DNA from: a virus
Taxonomy: Duplodnaviria > Caudoviricetes
Reading direction: 5' to 3' (one strand)
Length of the DNA: 64,000 bases
IMG/VR virus record: IMGVR_UViG_3300037418_004154
Span: 1,217 to 65,216 of that record
Below the pieces are notes generated by a model. That model was given only the letters and a program-made list of their open reading frames with translations. It was not told the origin of the DNA and did no database searches. Positions 8,393 to 17,745 of the stretch are shown here, one piece after another. How positions within the stretch are numbered: the first letter of the stretch is position 1; the number at the start of each line of letters is the position of its first letter. The translations under genes and the position numbers were made by a program.

Positions 8393-10044
8393 TGGCCGCC
8401 CCCACCGACTGGGTCCCGATCCTCAACACCACGGCCGAGGTCATCCCGGCCGGCGGGCTGATGTCCGTGGTCGGGGTGGACGCCACGACCGGGGCGTTCA
8501 AGGTCGCGAAGCCGAACTCGGACAACGACGTCACCGTTTGCGTCAACGGGTTCTCGCTGATCCCGGCCAACGGCACCGGCCAGGGCACCTTTGACCCCCG
8601 AGTGGTGCTCGCCTACGACGCGGGCGACGGGGCGCCAGCGGTCGGGGATTCGTGGGGGGCGAAGGCGGGGACGTGGCTGGCGAAGAAGGGGAATGCCGGG
8701 TTCACGGTCCTCGGCGGCCCGGGGCTGGGGTTGGTCAACGCCGGCCGGTGGCAGGCCGGGGCCGGGGGGTCGGGCGTCCCCTCCTGCGGCTCCACCGACG
8801 GCTGGGCCGCGTTCCTCACCGCCGCGAACTGCCTGGAGCTCGACGCCCTGTTTTCCTTCGGGGCGTGCTCGGGCGTCATCGGCACCCAGATCCTGATGCG
8901 GTTCGACCCGGAGAGCGGGAGTTGGATGTCGACCGACGTCCTCACCCTGCCGAGCGGTGCCACGGCGACCGCGAAGTTCACCACCGGCGACGGGGACGGG
9001 CCGCACCTGGATTTGATCGTGAGCGGGAGTGGTTCAGGCAGCGGATCCGGGTCGGGTTCCGGTGGCACCTTCCGGCTCGACCGGGTGTGTTCCGGGGGTA
9101 ACCAGGCGATCTTCGCCGGGCCGACGCTGCCCGGCTGGGACGCGATCTGTCGCCCCGCCGAGCTCCGCGGCGGGTGCGCGTCGAACGGGTTCCATCTGCG
9201 GGTGGCGTGCACCCCGGGGTGTTGGCCGGCGTCCCCGTGCTGCGGGGGCGTCTCGATCCCGGACCGGCTGTGCCTGCTGTTCACCGGGGCGGAAGCCGCG
9301 GACGGGTGCTTCGCGCCGGCCGACACCCCCGGCCCCCTCAACACGCCCGTCATCCTGAGCGGGAACGGGAGCGTCTACACCGCCACGGTCACCCTCAGCG
9401 GGATCACGCTGATCATCTCGCTCACCTGCAACGCGGGCGGGAACCCCGGGTCATGGGAACTCGAAGGGACGGCCACCGGGAGCTGCGGGGATGGCGCCCC
9501 TCGTAATGTGGGGAACATCGACTGGGCGTACCGAACGACCGGGTCGACGAGCGAGATCGGCTGCACACCGTTCCGGATCGTCGGGGAGGCGGTACTGTCC
9601 GTCCCGGTGACCCCGGTTTCTGCCGACACCTACCCCCTGGCGTTCACCCTTTCCACGGTCGACCCGACCACGGGGTCTTGCGGGGGCGGCGGCGGGGGCG
9701 GAGGGGGCGGCGGCGACCTCTGTTATGCGTGTACCCTGGCCGGCCTCACCCCGACGCTGGTGATTCCCGACGGCCCATACGCGGGCACCTACCCGGCGAG
9801 TTCGGCGTGGACGGCCGGGTCGGGGCCCGCGTATGAGGCCGTCTTCGACGTGGCCGGCACGCCCACGTTCCAGGCGACCTGTTACGGCCCCGGGCCGAAC
9901 AGCTTCAACAACACCCTCTACCTACAGCAGCTCAACGGCGGGACCGCGATCGCCACCGGGTCCACGGCGTGCGGGCCGCCGGTGGTGATGACCTTTCCCG
10001 GCGCGCCGTTCGGCGGCACCGGGGCCATCACGGTGACGACATGA
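8392..10044 (+). CDS. Cys/Gly-rich tail fibre or receptor-binding-like protein (550 aa)
   Basis: Modular protein with (SG)n and poly-Gly linkers and many Cys, located after the tail genes. Confidence 0.45.
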   Translation: MAAPTDWVPILNTTAEVIPAGGLMSVVGVDATTGAFKVAKPNSDNDVTVCVNGFSLIPANGTGQGTFDPRVVLAYDAGDGAPAVGDSWGAKAGTWLAKKGNAGFTVLGGPGLGLVNAGRWQAGAGGSGVPSCGSTDGWAAFLTAANCLELDALFSFGACSGVIGTQILMRFDPESGSWMSTDVLTLPSGATATAKFTTGDGDGPHLDLIVSGSGSGSGSGSGSGGTFRLDRVCSGGNQAIFAGPTLPGWDAICRPAELRGGCASNGFHLRVACTPGCWPASPCCGGVSIPDRLCLLFTGAEAADGCFAPADTPGPLNTPVILSGNGSVYTATVTLSGITLIISLTCNAGGNPGSWELEGTATGSCGDGAPRNVGNIDWAYRTTGSTSEIGCTPFRIVGEAVLSVPVTPVSADTYPLAFTLSTVDPTTGSCGGGGGGGGGGGDLCYACTLAGLTPTLVIPDGPYAGTYPASSAWTAGSGPAYEAVFDVAGTPTFQATCYGPGPNSFNNTLYLQQLNGGTAIATGSTACGPPVVMTFPGAPFGGTGAITVTT

Positions 10045-12368
10045 CCGGGTGTCACGATTTCATCTGCGGCAACGTCCGCCCCGGCGAGCCGTTCGACCCG
10101 GATCGCGACTGCCGCAAGTGCTGGGCGGCGGTCCACAACGCGGCCGTCCGGGCCGGCCTCCCCGCGGCCGTCCGGGACCGGCTGCCCGAAGCCCCGGTTC
10201 GCAGGCCGGCACGGTCCCTTCCCGTCGCCCTGCCCCCGTGCGTTCACGAGGGGGCGGTAATCGAGCCGTGCAAGGGGTGCCCGGTGGGCGCGGAGGGGCG
10301 GCACGTCCGCCAGTGCTTCCACCCGGCCGGCGACCGGGACCGGTGTACGCGGGAGCCGGTCGGGCCGGCCGTCCAGGCATGTCGGGACTGCCGGCAGTAC
10401 GAAGCCCCAGTTGCCGCCGACCACCGGGCCGCCTTCCTGGGCCAGGTCACCGGCCCCACCCCGGCGTACCCCGGCGGCACCGGCCGGGGCATCGTCACGG
10501 CCGGAGAGGGGGATTACTGGCCCGGCGTGGTCGTGCTGGTGCGGATGCTAAGACGGGTGGGCTGCACACTTCCGGTCGAAGTCTTCTACCGCTCCAAGGC
10601 CGGCCGGGTGCAGCCGGAGCAACTCGCCGGGCTCGACTGCACCCTGATCGACCTCGACGCCCTCGGGTGGGACCCGCCGGCGGACATCCCGGCCGACCGG
10701 CCGGAGTGGGCGGGATGGGCGGCCAAACTGGAAGCCCTGCACCGCAGCCGGTTCGAACGGGTGCTCTGGCTCGACAGCGACCTCTACCCGGTCCGCGACC
10801 CGTCCTTCCTGCTCGACCTGCCGGGCGATTTTCTGTGCTGGTCCGACGCCGACCCGAGCGCGTCGGCAATCCTCCGGTGGCCCGAGGTGTGGGCCCCCGG
10901 CCCCGGCCTCACCCGGCCGATCCAGTCCGGGCAGGTCGTGCTCGACCGCCGGGCCGTGTGGCGGGAACTGTGCCTGACCCGGTGGTTGTGTCAACGGGCC
11001 GGGCACTTCTTCCACCGGATGCTCGGCGATCAGGACGCGTTGCGGGTGGCGTTCGCCGCGGCGGGCCACCTGCCGACCTATTTGGACGACGCCGAGCACG
11101 TCGCGGGCGCGAAACACACGTACATCCTCCGGCACGGCGGCGAGGCGCTGTTCGTCCACCGGTCCGGGACGAAGATGCTCCCGGGCACGGAGCCGGCCCG
11201 CATCGGCCTTCCCGGCGAGGCCGACGCACTGGCGATCTTCCGGGAGGTGTCGCCGGTCACCGTCAACATGGGCTGTTGGGGGCTCGGCGACGGCGTCCAG
11301 GGCATGCTCGCGGTGGGCGCCCTGGCCCGGTCGGCCGGCCCGGTGGTCTACAAGGTCGGGCCGCGGGCGGTCCCGTTCGTCCAGCTGTTCGACTGCGGGG
11401 CCGTTCGCGTCGAAGAGTCGGAATGGGATCACAACGCGAGCAAGGATCTCCCCGGCCCGGCCCGCCAGGCGAACCGTGGGTACTGGCAGGAACTGCGGAC
11501 CCGGGGGGCGAAGCCCCGCGTCCGGCGGTACATGGAGAACGTCGGGGCCCGCGGCGACCCGGTCATGCCACGGCTGAAGGACCCGGGGCAGATCCGGGCC
11601 GCAGGGCAAGACTGGGCCGGGGCTGTGGTCCTGTGCCCGTTCTCGTACTACAGCGACCGCGAATGGTCGGTCCCCGCGTGGCGAGCCCTGGACCGGATGT
11701 TGACGACGGCCGGGTTCCGCACCGTGATCCTGGCCGACGACCAGGAACGGGCGACCCTTCTGCCCGACGTGCCGAAGGTGATCGGGGCCCCGGCGGACCG
11801 CGTGGCCGGCGTTCTGCTCAATGCGGCGTGTGTCGTCGGCCTCGATAGCGGGCTCTCGCACCTGGCCGGGGCCCTCGGCGCCCCAACCGTTGTCCTGACC
11901 GGTCAAACGTCGGGCGAGTGCGTGTTCAGCTGCTACCCCTCGGTGCGGTGGATCGACGGCCCGCTGCCGTGCAAGGGCTGCTGGTGGCAGAGCCCGTATT
12001 CCGAGGCGACGTGCAAGGGCCACTGCCCGAGCCTGTACGCGATCGGCCCCCACCAGGTGTACGCGGCGGTTGAGACGACCGTCCGCGGCAGCTCCCGGCT
12101 CGCCCGGCTGGCAACCACCACCCCGTTCCGGCCGTACACCGAAGCGGACGACGCCGAGCAGCTCCGGCACCTCGACGAGGACGGCTGGCTCTACGGCGGC
12201 CGGCGGTACGTGTGTTCCATTCTCGGGGCCGTCCACGAGGAACTCATCCAGCTCGGCCGCCCGGACCTGGCGAAGTGGACCCGCGAGGCGGTGGGCATGG
12301 CCCGCCGGATGCACGACCAGGGCGGGGATCAGGACCGGCTCGACTGGGCGACCGGCTTCCGACGGTAG
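10041..12368 (+). CDS. Multidomain glycosyltransferase: Cys-rich N-terminus + GT71/MNN-like domain + GT9 heptosyltransferase-like domain
   Basis: GT-A part: GIVTAG...VEVFY...KLEALHRSRFERVLWLDSD (DxD). GT9-like part: LLNAACVVGLDSGLSHLAGALGAPTVVLTG. ATGA overlap at 10041. Confidence 0.75.
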   Translation: MTGCHDFICGNVRPGEPFDPDRDCRKCWAAVHNAAVRAGLPAAVRDRLPEAPVRRPARSLPVALPPCVHEGAVIEPCKGCPVGAEGRHVRQCFHPAGDRDRCTREPVGPAVQACRDCRQYEAPVAADHRAAFLGQVTGPTPAYPGGTGRGIVTAGEGDYWPGVVVLVRMLRRVGCTLPVEVFYRSKAGRVQPEQLAGLDCTLIDLDALGWDPPADIPADRPEWAGWAAKLEALHRSRFERVLWLDSDLYPVRDPSFLLDLPGDFLCWSDADPSASAILRWPEVWAPGPGLTRPIQSGQVVLDRRAVWRELCLTRWLCQRAGHFFHRMLGDQDALRVAFAAAGHLPTYLDDAEHVAGAKHTYILRHGGEALFVHRSGTKMLPGTEPARIGLPGEADALAIFREVSPVTVNMGCWGLGDGVQGMLAVGALARSAGPVVYKVGPRAVPFVQLFDCGAVRVEESEWDHNASKDLPGPARQANRGYWQELRTRGAKPRVRRYMENVGARGDPVMPRLKDPGQIRAAGQDWAGAVVLCPFSYYSDREWSVPAWRALDRMLTTAGFRTVILADDQERATLLPDVPKVIGAPADRVAGVLLNAACVVGLDSGLSHLAGALGAPTVVLTGQTSGECVFSCYPSVRWIDGPLPCKGCWWQSPYSEATCKGHCPSLYAIGPHQVYAAVETTVRGSSRLARLATTTPFRPYTEADDAEQLRHLDEDGWLYGGRRYVCSILGAVHEELIQLGRPDLAKWTREAVGMARRMHDQGGDQDRLDWATGFRR

Positions 12369-12384
12369 ACCCCACGGGTGAAAG

Positions 12385-13179
12385 ATGACCGACCGTTTCA
12401 CCGGCCGCCGGGTGCTGATCGTCGGCGACCTGATGACCGACGTGGACATCCACGGGACCTGTACGCGATTCGCCGCGGAGGCCGCCGGGTGTCCCGTCAT
12501 CCGTGAGGATCGCCGGGAGTCGCGGCCGGGCGGGGCCGGGGCCGTCGCCGAGATGGTCCTCGGCCTGGGGGCAATCCCCGATCTGGCGACCGGACCGGAG
12601 ACATCGATCCGGACCCGGTTCTTGGTGGGTGGCCGGCAGCTGTGGCGGCACGACATCGACGCCCAACCCCCGGCCCCCGACGAGTCGGCGCGCCTGTGCG
12701 CGACCGTTGAAGCGGCCGTCCGCCGGGTCGAAGTGGTTCTGATCAGCGACTACGGCCGCGGGGTCTGTTCGCCAGCCGTAGTGCAGACCGCGATCCGCGG
12801 CGGGCTCGCCCGCCACCTGCCCGTGATCGTCGACCCGCCCCGGGGGCAGGATTGGTCGCCCTACCGCGGGGCGACCCTGATCAAATGCAACCGCCCCGAG
12901 TGGGAGGCCGACGGCCGGATCGGAGTGGCCGGCGGGGTGATCGTGACCGACGGGCCCCGGGGCATGACGCATTTCCGCCGCGGCCTGGAGGCTGCCCACT
13001 ACCCCGCCGAACCTGCCCCCGTGGTCGATGTGACTGGGGCTGGAGACATGGTGCTCGCGTGCCTCGGGGTGTGTGCCGCGGCCGGGGTCGACTGGCCGGC
13101 CGCTTGCAAGTTTGCGAACGCGATGGCGGCCCTCAAGGTCCAACGCCGCGGAGCTGTACCGGTCGGTCACCCCCGGTAG
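12385..13179 (+). CDS. rfaE: PfkB-family sugar kinase, RfaE/HldE domain I (heptose-7-phosphate kinase-like)
   Basis: VLIVGDLMTD...PGGAGAVA at the N-terminus and DVTGAGD...ANAMAALKVQRRG at the C-terminus match HldE kinase domains. No adenylyltransferase domain. Confidence 0.75.
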   Translation: MTDRFTGRRVLIVGDLMTDVDIHGTCTRFAAEAAGCPVIREDRRESRPGGAGAVAEMVLGLGAIPDLATGPETSIRTRFLVGGRQLWRHDIDAQPPAPDESARLCATVEAAVRRVEVVLISDYGRGVCSPAVVQTAIRGGLARHLPVIVDPPRGQDWSPYRGATLIKCNRPEWEADGRIGVAGGVIVTDGPRGMTHFRRGLEAAHYPAEPAPVVDVTGAGDMVLACLGVCAAAGVDWPAACKFANAMAALKVQRRGAVPVGHPR

Positions 13180-13946
13180 GTCGACAACTCCTCGCCCGGC
13201 GTCGGCCACAGGCTCCAGAGCGTGGTCGACCCGTCCGGGTTGTCGACCCCGACCGCCGACGTCGACAGGTCGCCGCCCGGCGGGGTCGCCCCGAACTCCG
13301 TCGGGGCCAGCGTGTAAGCCGCCCCGGGGGCGTTGCGAAAGTCGATCGGGCCGACGAGGAACTGCGAAACGAGTTCACCCCGTGGCGTGTACACCCAGGC
13401 CCACGGGGCCCCGCCCTGACCGGCGGACAGGACGATTTCCGCGGGACCGTCGCTGGCGACCTGGCCGGCCTGGACCTCCAGCCCACCGCGGAAGCCCGGG
13501 GCAGCGGCCAGGAACCGGTTGAGAACCTCGCCGTATCCGTCGGTCAGCACCACGACCGGCCCGCCGCCCGGCCCCGCGGTGAGCACCAGTTCGGGCGGGG
13601 TTGTCCCCACCCCGGGCACGTCGTCCACGGACACCCCGCCCCGGAACGATTCCTCGAACGCCAGGAAGCTCGCGAGCAGCTGCCCCTGCCCCCGCGGCAC
13701 GTTCGTCGGCGTCCCGTCGGGCAGCACCGCGGGTACGAGGTCCGGACCGCCGCCGGAGTAGACCTGCACGACCGGGCCGCCGCCGGACCCGGGGGCCGGG
13801 GCCACGACCGTATCCGGACCGGTTCCGGGGATGAGGTTGTCGACCACGATACACTTGACCGGCCCTGCGAACCCGTCGATCGCGGCCTGACCGACGGAAA
13901 CGAACGCGGGCACGTCACGGCCTTCGAGGGACTCGACGCGGAGCAT
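13177..13946 (-). CDS. Planctomycete-type secreted protein (LEGRDVPA motif, FG-GAP-like GGGPVV repeats)
   Basis: MLRVESLEGRDVPA resembles the planctomycete extracellular signal motif. Repeated GPGGGPVV units. Part of supplied ORF 13167-14015; the left end is approximate. Confidence 0.65.
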
Positions 13947-14124
13947 GTGGCTCACCTGGGGAGGAGACGGGCGACGAATTATCATTCGGACGGCCCGGGG
14001 TGGATATTTACCCAAGTGCTAACCCCGGTGATAGATACGCCGCCGTCACTCAGGCCGAAGTGAGCTCCACGAAAACACTTAAGCACGGCGGAATTTTTCA
14101 GAGAGGCCGCCGGATGACCGTGCG

Positions 14125-14149
14125 GGCAGGCAGCTCCGGTGGGGAGGAT
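14125..14149 (+). promoter_or_regulatory. GGCAGGCA-N11-GAGGAT promoter motif
   Basis: Same spacing as the other copies, upstream of the GGGAGG RBS and GTG 14173. Confidence 0.6.
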
Positions 14150-14172
14150 GAGGCCAACGGGAGGGTGCGGAC

Positions 14173-14538
14173 GTGGGGCGGATAATCTCCGGGACGTGGA
14201 CGACCAACCAGACCCTCCGGCCGCTCTACGCCGGCGAAGACGTCGCCTGTGCCCTCGCCGGCACCAGCCCGACGGACCCCACCGGGTGGGCCGTCCGGTT
14301 CACCCTGGTCCCGGCCGGCGGTGGAACGCCGGTGGTCGTGACCTCGGGGATCACACCCAGCGCGTCCGGGGCCGGCCCCTACGCCTGCACCTTCTCCGTC
14401 CCCCTGACCCACGCCCAGACCGCGGCCCTCGCCCCCGGCGTGGCCGGGTGGCAGTTCGACCGGGCGGATGCCGGGAGTGAGCAGGTCCTGGCGGACGGGA
14501 CCGTCGAAGTCCTCGCCCCGCGGGCCCCACTGCCGTAG
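14173..14538 (+). CDS. BppU-N-like small structural protein (121 aa)
   Basis: Pattern (GEDV..., TGWAVRFT..., LTHAQTAAL...WQFD...VLADGTVEV) resembles baseplate upper protein N-terminal Ig-like domains. Confidence 0.5.
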   Translation: MGRIISGTWTTNQTLRPLYAGEDVACALAGTSPTDPTGWAVRFTLVPAGGGTPVVVTSGITPSASGAGPYACTFSVPLTHAQTAALAPGVAGWQFDRADAGSEQVLADGTVEVLAPRAPLP

Positions 14539-14598
14539 TGCGGGCGCCCGCACTACCCTCTCACCCACGCCCGAACTACACATCCCGATCGGCTCTCC

Positions 14599-14623
14599 GG
14601 CAGGCAAGCCCGGCGGGCATCAT
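14599..14623 (+). promoter_or_regulatory. GGCAGGCA-N11-CATCAT promoter motif
   Basis: Upstream of the holin-like gene at 14655. Confidence 0.7.
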
Positions 14624-14654
14624 GCCCCGTGTTGTCAAACACGAGGCCCGCCCG

Positions 14655-15020
14655 ATGCCAGAACCCACGCCCGACGGGTCTCCGTTCACGCGGGACTTCA
14701 GCCCCCGGACCCGGGTGTGGATTCAGGGCGGGTTCGCCGGGGTCGTGTGCCTGGTCTTCCTCGGGCTGGTCGGGGTGACCATCTCCCAGCTCCAGGGGCT
14801 CCAGAAGCAACTCGCCGAGCAGGCCCGGGAAGACCGGGTGATGTTCCGGGATGAGCTGCGGGACCAGCGGAACGAGCTCCGGGCTGCGGTCACGGAGATG
14901 CGGCGGGCGGTCGACCGGCTGAACGACGACCAGCGGACGGTCAAACAAGACGTCCACACGCTCAAGTTCGGCGGCCCCGAGGCGTTCAAGGCCCCGTCTC
15001 CGCGGCCCGTGCCCGAGTGA
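14655..15020 (+). CDS. Single-TM coiled-coil protein (holin- or i-spanin-like)
   Basis: TM segment GGFAGVVCLVFLGLVGVTI followed by a long coiled coil. First gene of the putative lysis block. Confidence 0.45.
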   Translation: MPEPTPDGSPFTRDFSPRTRVWIQGGFAGVVCLVFLGLVGVTISQLQGLQKQLAEQAREDRVMFRDELRDQRNELRAAVTEMRRAVDRLNDDQRTVKQDVHTLKFGGPEAFKAPSPRPVPE

Positions 15021-15127
15021 GACCACCCGGCCGGGATTCCGGCAAGAATCTCCCCGCGCCGGCACGTCGCCCCGCGGGCCAAACGACCGGACCCCGGCCG
15101 GGTCCGTTCCCCGACGAGGCGCCCGAG

Positions 15128-16030
15128 ATGCCCAGTTGCACGATCCGCCGACTCCCGCCCCACCTGGCCGAGCACGCGGCCCGGACGGCGGCCTGGCACA
15201 ACCCGGCCAACTGCCCGTCCCGGCACCCGGCCCTGGGTGCACTCGCGCCCCAGCACATCGCCCTGCTGACGAGCAAATATTGGGGACCGAAGGGCGTGGA
15301 CCTGACCGTCCAGTTCCTCGACCTCGGGACGACCCGGGCCCGCGACGTCCAGCTGAAGCAAAAGATCCTCGCCCACATGAACGCCTGGGGGACCCGGGCC
15401 AACGTCCGGTTCCATGAGGTCACCAAGGGTAGCGGGCAGGTGCGGGTCGCCCGCGGGCAGGGCGGGTATTACTCGTACCTGGGGACGGACATCGAGCACG
15501 TCCCGACCAGCGAACAGACGATGAACCTCCAGGACTTCACCCTGGACACCCCGGACAGCGAGTTCTACCGCGTCGTCCGGCACGAGACCGGGCACACGCT
15601 CGGATTCCCGCACGAGCACGAGCGCGCCGAAATCATCGCCCTCCTCGACTCGAACAAGGTGATCAGCTCGTTCATGGCCTCGCAGGGCTGGAGTCGGCAG
15701 GAGGTGATCGACCAGATCCTCACCCCGCTCGCCGCGGGCGACATCCAGGCGACGGCCGCCGACGTGCGGTCGATCATGTGTTACGAGTTCGATGGGAGCG
15801 TCACCAAGTCTGGCCAGCCCATCCCGGGCGGCCTCGACATCAACGAGCAGGATTACTCGTTCGCGGCCTCGATCTATCCGCCGACTGCTGCCCCCACGAG
15901 CCCGCCGCCCTCTGTCGTCCCGCCGGTCAGCCCACCGCCCCCGGTGTCGCCGCCGGCCCCGTCCCAGCTGTCGGTGACCGTCGTGGTCGACCCGGTCGGC
16001 AAGAAGGTCGTCGGCTCAACTGTGAGCTAA
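15128..16030 (+). CDS. Metzincin zinc metalloprotease (astacin/M12A-like) with Pro-rich C-terminal linker
   Basis: HETGHTLGFPHEH fits HExxHxxGxxH, and SIMCY fits the Met-turn. Start reassigned to ATG 15128. Confidence 0.85.
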   Translation: MPSCTIRRLPPHLAEHAARTAAWHNPANCPSRHPALGALAPQHIALLTSKYWGPKGVDLTVQFLDLGTTRARDVQLKQKILAHMNAWGTRANVRFHEVTKGSGQVRVARGQGGYYSYLGTDIEHVPTSEQTMNLQDFTLDTPDSEFYRVVRHETGHTLGFPHEHERAEIIALLDSNKVISSFMASQGWSRQEVIDQILTPLAAGDIQATAADVRSIMCYEFDGSVTKSGQPIPGGLDINEQDYSFAASIYPPTAAPTSPPPSVVPPVSPPPPVSPPAPSQLSVTVVVDPVGKKVVGSTVS

Positions 16031-16062
16031 CGGACGCCTTGCAGACAGAGCGAGGTGAAGTG

Positions 16063-16290
16063 ATGGCAGTCAACGTGAACACAGGCGAAGTGGACAACGA
16101 CCTGAACAACTTCCTGGCTCGTGTTGCCGGGGAGCAAACGCCCCTGGCTCACGCGGCGTGTTCTCCGGTGTCCCACGCAATCGATGTGGCGGTTCGGCGA
16201 GGCCGGACGATCGGCCTCGTCCAAGGATTCTGGCTGGGTTTCGCGGTCGCCTGCGTGGTGTTCGCGGCGGCCTACATGCTCTTGAAGTGA
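16063..16290 (+). CDS. Small membrane protein with C-terminal TM (75 aa)
   Basis: GAGGTG RBS and hydrophobic GFWLGFAVACVVFAAAYMLL. Confidence 0.55.
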   Translation: MAVNVNTGEVDNDLNNFLARVAGEQTPLAHAACSPVSHAIDVAVRRGRTIGLVQGFWLGFAVACVVFAAAYMLLK

Positions 16291-16325
16291 ATTGGGCGAG
16301 CACATCCTCGCACCCGGAGGTCGGT

Positions 16326-17078
16326 ATGCGGAGTCTTCTGTCGCTCGGGTTGGTGCTCCTGGTCGCCGGGGTCGCGTCGGCGGACCCGCCCCAGGTCCCG
16401 GCCCGGGTCGACGCCCCGGTCGGGCGTCCGACCTTGTTCACGATCAAGCCGGTTGCCGGTAAGCGGGTCGGGGTCGGGAAGGGGTTCGACCCGGCCGGCC
16501 TGGTCCTGACCCGGAACCTGTCCGATGACCCGACCGTGTACGAGTACCAGGCGTTCCCCAACGCCCCGGGGGTCTACTACCTGACCTGGTGGACCGAGGG
16601 GGAGGTGACGCCGGCGTACACGGCCGTCGTCGCCGCCGGGGCACCCACGACGGGGACCGCGGCCCCGGCGGCCTCCAAGGCGGCCGCCCAACCGGCCAAG
16701 GCCGACCCCGCCCCGATCCCCGCGGCCCAGACGTTCGCCCCGGCCAAGCTGGCGCTCGTCGTGGTCGAGGACACGGCGGCCGCCGCGACCGCCCGGGCCG
16801 AGTTCTTCCGGGACCTGCAGCTCAAGACCCGCCTCGACTCGAAGGGCCACGCCTGGCGGGCGTTCGACCGGAACGTCAAAGACGCGACCGGGAAGACGCC
16901 GGACGACGCGGCCCCCTACCTGGCGATCCGGAACGACGCCGACGCAGCCGTCCCCCTGCCGAAGTCCGGCCCGGTCCTGTTCGTGGTCGAGGCCGACACC
17001 GGCGAGCTCCGGTTCGCCGGCCCGTGCCCGAAGACGCCAGGCGAGATGCTGGCGGTGCTCGAAAAGACCGGCGGGTGA
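16326..17078 (+). CDS. Secreted protein with signal peptide (250 aa)
   Basis: GGAGG RBS and signal peptide MRSLLSLGLVLLVAGVASA. Ala/Pro linker between two domains. Confidence 0.7.
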   Translation: MRSLLSLGLVLLVAGVASADPPQVPARVDAPVGRPTLFTIKPVAGKRVGVGKGFDPAGLVLTRNLSDDPTVYEYQAFPNAPGVYYLTWWTEGEVTPAYTAVVAAGAPTTGTAAPAASKAAAQPAKADPAPIPAAQTFAPAKLALVVVEDTAAAATARAEFFRDLQLKTRLDSKGHAWRAFDRNVKDATGKTPDDAAPYLAIRNDADAAVPLPKSGPVLFVVEADTGELRFAGPCPKTPGEMLAVLEKTGG

Positions 17079-17118
17079 GCCCCGCCGGGTGGTTCGTGTT
17101 TTCAACCCGAGGATCAAG

Positions 17119-17742
17119 ATGCTGACGTTGTGCACGCTCCTGTTCATCGTCGTCTTGGCCGCGCTCGCGACCGGGCGAAGCCGGTCGGCTCTTCGGCTCG
17201 CGGCCGTCCTGGTCGCGGTCGCCCTCGTCGCCGCCGACGCCCCGGCCCAATACTGTGCAAGCCCGTCGACCTACCGGGCCCCGAGCTACGGCTACTCGCC
17301 GAGCAGCCCCTACCCCCCGGCGTACGGGGGAGTGTACGTCGGTTCGGTTTATACCCCGACCTACGCCTGGTCGTACCACGCCGCGGGGATCTTCCAGGGC
17401 CGGTGGTATCCGGCCGGTGAGTACGCCTGGATCGACAACCAGTGGTATCGGAAGGGGTACGGGATCGAGTACGGGACTCCGGTCGCGACGTACTGCCCGC
17501 CGCCGGTGGTGAGCCCGACCCCGGGCGAGAACGCCCTGGCCCTGGTCCACCAGCAGAACGAGTTCCTGTTCCGGCTGCTCCTGACCGCCCAGCAGGGTCA
17601 GGTGCCGCCGACGGTCGTCGCCCCGGCCCCGCCGGCCGCCCCGGTCGTGGTCAACGTGCCGGCGGCCCCGGGCCTGACCCCGGCCGAAGTCGCCCGGCTG
17701 AAGGCCCTGCTCGCGCAGGTGCCCGCCCCCAAGCCGGAGTAA
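17119..17742 (+). CDS. Secreted/membrane Tyr-Pro-rich protein
   Basis: Hydrophobic N-terminus followed by Y/P/S/G-rich low-complexity sequence typical of planctomycete surface proteins. Confidence 0.6.
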   Translation: MLTLCTLLFIVVLAALATGRSRSALRLAAVLVAVALVAADAPAQYCASPSTYRAPSYGYSPSSPYPPAYGGVYVGSVYTPTYAWSYHAAGIFQGRWYPAGEYAWIDNQWYRKGYGIEYGTPVATYCPPPVVSPTPGENALALVHQQNEFLFRLLLTAQQGQVPPTVVAPAPPAAPVVVNVPAAPGLTPAEVARLKALLAQVPAPKPE

Positions 17743-17745
17743 CCG

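Noticed and set aside
8392-13179. Diversity-generating retroelement or invertible fibre cassette
   Set aside because: No reverse transcriptase, TR/VR repeat pair or invertase is visible in the window.
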